A DNA stretch of 44,102 nt from Geosiphon pyriformis uo1 (Eukaryota > Fungi > Glomeromycota). Below the pieces are notes generated by a model. That model worked only from the letters and a program-made list of their open reading frames with translations. It had not been told where the DNA came from and made no database searches. The stretch lies in the NCBI GenBank assembly GCA_016748015.1, contig JAAOMT010000755.1, positions 1-44,102 of the forward strand, in the 5' to 3' direction. This document shows positions 39,398 to 44,102 of this stretch, in pieces (positions within the stretch are counted from its first letter, which is position 1; each line of letters begins with the position of its first letter). A program made the translations under genes and the position numbers.

Positions 39398-41885
39398 TAG
39401 TCAGACCTCTATAAAAGAACACAGTTGGGACATATAAATTATGTTCCATTTTAGAGGTGTTCTATTATAGAGTTTTATAATTATTATCAAATAACCTATA
39501 TTTATTTATTAGATCAATCAATTATTATTATTATTATTATTAAAATATTGATTAATTGTTACCTGTTTTTTAGAATCTTCCTTCATTTTTTCGTATTCAT
39601 ATAATTTTTTTCCAAGTAAATTTTGGTTTTCTCTACTAAAATTTTCTTCTGCTAATTGCTCTTCAAATCTAATTACCTTTTTTAATACTTCATATGCTTC
39701 TGTAATTGTAATTATAGCAGGTGGAGATTCTTCTAATTTTTCTTCCGAGTCATTAATTGTATTGGTTTCAATTTGAGCATCGGCTAAAATCATATCTACA
39801 ATTTCATTATCATCAAGAATATTTTCAGTTGCCAAATATTCATCAACTGCTACAGTATAATCTTCGAGATTTTTGACCAATTGTTGTGCATTTGATGGTA
39901 AATTGTTGAATATATCCATAGCAATTGATGTTTCGGATTCTTGAATTTCTAATTCTTGATTATAGAAAAGAATATCCGTTTTTTGCCAACAGTTTTGAAT
40001 TGTAACAGGTGTTACTTGAAACCATGATTGAACAAAATAATCAATTGCTTGTTTTATGTTTAATTTATTTCTAAAAAATAAATTAATATTAGATAAAATT
40101 ATATAATATATAATGATAATAATACTGTATATATTATAGTACTTAACTGTTCAATATTAATTTTTTGTTCAAATTGATGTAAAATATGTTGACAATATAA
40201 ATGCTTATATTTGCCTTTGAAAGATTTGATAATGCCAGCATTCATTGGTTGAAGATGTGATGTTGTATTTGGAGGAAAATAGTGAAAGTAATATTGGTCA
40301 ATTGGAATGAATCTTCCCCGATTTGAGTATGATAAGAAGTTGCATTATCAACCAAAAGTAATATATGCCGATTTTGAATTCGAAAGCCTTCATTTATATA
40401 TTTGAGCCATGCTTTCCATATATCTGAGCGCATCCATGCATTGGAATTGAATTTGTAAATTACAGATAGGTTGGAAGTATTAATTCCTTTAAAGCATTTT
40501 GGATTTTTTGCATGTCCAATTACTAAAGGTTGCAATTTGTGAGATCCAGTTGAATTTGTAGCAAGAATTGTAATCCGAGATTTATCCTATAAAANNNNNN
40601 NNNNNNNNNNNNNNAGAATATCTGTTTTTTGCCAACAGTTTTGAATTGTAACAGGTGTTACTTGAAACCATGATTGAACAACATAATTAATTGCTTGTTT
40701 TATGTTTAATTTATTTCTAAAAAATAAATTAATATTAGATAAAATTATATAATATATAATGATAATAATACTGTATATATTATATTACTTAACTGTTCAA
40801 TATTAATTTTTTGTTCAAATTGATGTAAAATATGTTGACAATATAAGTGCTTATATTTGCCTTTGAAAGATTTGACAATGTCAGCATCCATTGGTCCCAT
40901 ACGAAAAAATAATCCTGTTTCATCAGCATTATATATGTTAGCAGGATCAAATTCGGATATAATGGTTTTTAATTTTCTTCGTTCTTCTGGTAAACTTTCA
41001 GTTAATACACTTCCTGCTTTACCATGATATCGATAAACACATAACTGGTTTCTTTTTTTGAATTTTTGAACCCATCTATTTGAGAATTGCATTTCATTTT
41101 CATGGATACTAAGAAGTTTGGCAAATTCTTTTCCTTTTTCTTTAATTAGTTGATCATTGAATTCGATAGTGGCTGCAGTTACTTGTTCTACCCAATAACT
41201 TAAAGCTTGGTCTAATAATGGAAATTTAACGCTTTTATGTCGAATAAATCTTTCTGAGATTTCATCAATTTCAATATTCAACTACTTTGCATGCTCTTTG
41301 ATTATCTTGAAGACAGTTGGATGAGAACTATGAAGTTCTGGATATTTATGATTGAAGTAAGCTACAATATCATCATGTTTCGTGTCATAGTGATTTTTGG
41401 AATATTGACAAATTTTTTTACGAAGAGCATCATTAACTGCTGCTCATTTTTGTTTTTTGAATAAAGGTTCCGACATTGTGATAATTTAGCAAGTCTGTTA
41501 GAAAATGTGCCTATAACGATAATATTAGATTTGGTTTTAGCAAGCCTGAATTGAAATACAATAGGGGCTAAGTGGCTGTACGTGAAAACAGACAAGATCA
41601 AAAAGAGTAAGTCCAATGTAAATCGATTTAAAAGAAAGTTGGGATGAAATCAATTCAATACATTCTAACTCTTTTCCCAATTACCAATTAACATCCAGCA
41701 CGTGATATTTGTTCTTATATGTAGGTAAATTTCGAATAAACGTTTGATAAAATTATGTTCTTGTTCCTTTATAGATTGTTCTTATATAAAGGGAAAATTG
41801 TTAATTAATAAATTGGTTCTATAAAAAAATGTTCTTTGTAAGAGGTTGTTCTTTTATCGAGGGTTCTTTTATGGAGGTCTGACTG
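39398..41885 (-). mobile_element. pogo/Tigger-type Tc1-mariner DNA transposon with 23-bp TIRs and TA target site
   Basis: Left TIR tAGTCAGACCTCTATAAAAGAAC (39398-39420) and right TIR GTTCTTTTATGGAGGTCTGACTG (41863-41885) match at 21/23, and both are flanked by TA. The element encloses a CENP-B/DDE_1-like transposase and contains the N gap at 40595-40614. Confidence 0.92.
39518..41476 (-). pseudogene. pogo transposase (CENP-B-type HTH + DDE_1), inactivated, containing an intron
   Basis: Start MSEPLFKKQK* at 41476. Motifs FSNRWVQKFKKRN, YNADETGLF, PLVIGHAKNP, NSNAWM, LLLVDNA, PPNTTSHLQPM, TIQNCWQK. Premature stops and a frameshift. Confidence 0.9.
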
Positions 41886-41923
41886 TATATATAATATTAA
41901 ATAAAAAAAGTATGACAATAATG

Positions 41924-41960
41924 TATAATTTTACACCAAAATAATTGGTGTAAAATTATA
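41924..41960. repeat. Perfect 16-bp-stem hairpin with a 5-nt loop
   Basis: tataattttacaccaa-aataa-ttggtgtaaaattata. Confidence 0.85.
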
Positions 41961-42775
41961 TGATATTGTTAAAATTATTTGTAAAAATTTTATTTTAAAA
42001 TAGTTCTTAACAGATTATGTAATTAATTATTTTTATTATTTAGAATTGAACTGTATTATTAGAATAAAAAAAATTGTTTCCATAAATAAATTTTAAATAA
42101 GCTAATTTAATAATAAATTTAACAATAAAAAATTTAAATAAGCAATTATAATAAGACTATTTTATTGGATTTAATATTTTAAACTTAAAAATCAAATGTA
42201 AATATGATAAAAAAATAGGTTAATTTATTATTTAAATATTGATTCAATTTAAAAAAAAAAAATTGAAAATTTAATATCTTGTTTTAAAACATAAAACATA
42301 ATATAAAAATTTATTTAAAATCTTTTTAATACATAAATGTTTAACAATTAAATTAATAATTAAGCTACCAAATAAATTAATAAATTTAAATATCAATATG
42401 TAACAAAAAAAATATTTAATATAACTAAATAAAATTAAAATTTAAGATAATTATATTATGTTTTTTTTTTTAAAAAATATTTTAAAAATTTAAAAATACT
42501 TTATTGTTTATAAATTGTAAAATCATTTTTACAATTATTTTTGATGTTATAAAAATATTTTGTAAAATAATCAATTTTTTTACTTTTAAGACAATTTTTA
42601 TAAATACAAATCAAGAAATAATGAATAATAAATTGATTTAAAAGTAAATTGTTATTTAATTTAAAAATTATAAATTTTTTTATATTTTAAATACTTTTCT
42701 ACAGCTTTGAAGAATTTTATTAAAATAATTTGGTAAAAATTTTATTTTAAAAATAAAATAATTAATATATATTTG

Positions 42776-42824
<49 letters not shown>
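42776..42824. repeat. (AAT)n microsatellite
   Basis: About 16 consecutive AAT units in an AT-rich tract. Confidence 0.95.
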
Positions 42825-42825
<1 letters not shown>

Positions 42826-44102
42826 TATCATAAAAATTAAATATAAGAATATTTACTAAAAAAGCAAATAATTAAATTAATGACTAAGTAAAACATTTGA
42901 ATAATAAAATTAATTTAATAACCAAATTAGTGACAAGATGTGAATAATTCAATAATTAATTTAATTCAATAATGAATTTTAAAAATTAAAAAATTTATAT
43001 ATAATTAAGATAATATAAATATTTAAACTTAATACCATAATATAATTTTATTTATTATAATTTATTTATTTAGGCCAATTAATAATTTTTTTTAAAACGT
43101 TAATACATAAATAATTACTTTAAAGAACAACAGAGAAATTATTATGTAAAATATTAAACATACACAAAAATAGCGAAAGACAAAACATAACAATAAATTT
43201 ATTTAAATACAAAATTAAAAAACAAAGTCATGTTACAACAAACAAATAAAAAATTTTGATCCAAAATAAAATCAACTTCTAAGGTTGTGAACTAACTTGA
43301 GTTTTTTTTTCACCTCAAATTATGGATGAGTATTAATTATAATCCGCGCATATTTACCAATCAACATATTAACAGAAAATAAACTTCAAAATTCTGAACC
43401 ACTTCATGTAAGCTTTTCAAAGATTTTTTAGATAATGTATGCATTGGTTGATATTTGAATATGTTAGATAAAACCTACTTGTAAAATTTAATCTTGCTAT
43501 GAGATGACGTATTTCTGAAATATAGTCAATTTAAAATCTAGTATAAAATTTATTTATCAAAACTACTTTATAATTCGCATGGACTAAAAACTACTTTTTT
43601 TGAGAAAATAATATTTTCAAGTAATATAACTATTATCTATCAATTCAACGAGATTGAAAAGATTCTTAAACAGCGTATATCTCTAAAGTTATAATTCTGT
43701 CATAGGGTTAGAGTTTATGAATATGAAAATTAACCTATTTAAGTAGATTGTATCAATAACCCATTCAAAAATGTAAACACAAGTTTTTATATAAGGATTT
43801 AAAACTTATAAAATAGCAATTACTAATCAAGTAAGAAAAGATGTTAACGGAGTGGGGCTTTAATATTTATTCATATTATAAGAATTTTCATATTAATTTC
43901 CAACTAATAATAAAATCTTGATATTGTATGCTGTATATCACCAGCTATTGGGAATCTTTTTCTTAATTTATAGCTTTTAGATCCTTGATTACTTGTGAAT
44001 TGCTTAAAAAAATACCTAATGAGATTCTAACAACAACAATAAAGTAACATGCTTTGCTGATATTTTCCTTATTTTTATGTGAAATATCTGCTACTAAAAA
44101 TG

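Overview
AT-rich, intron-dense eukaryotic DNA, most likely from an early-diverging fungus (Glomeromycotina-like; the non-LTR ORF1 resembles repeat proteins I recall from Geosiphon pyriformis, which is unverified). CpG-containing spliced genes: a metazoan-type anoctamin/TMEM16 (minus), an unusual RGS-domain + DUF4395-like membrane protein fusion, a DUF1295 (steroid 5-alpha-reductase-like) protein, a mitochondrial succinate/fumarate carrier (SFC1-like), a candidate 87-aa orphan microprotein, a secreted class-3 lipase whose catalytic Ser is replaced by Gly, and a cAMP-receptor/Git3-like 7TM GPCR. Between them are CpG-depleted or extremely AT-rich decayed elements: a Crinkler-like kinase pseudogene, an ORF1-only non-LTR element with a poly(A) end, a Ty3/Gypsy pol fossil nearly erased by C>T/G>A transitions, and a pogo/Tigger DNA transposon with 23-bp TIRs spanning an assembly gap. 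The best candidate for an undescribed system is the RGS-DUF4395 fusion. All exon boundaries and domain calls were made by eye from motifs, with no database search.
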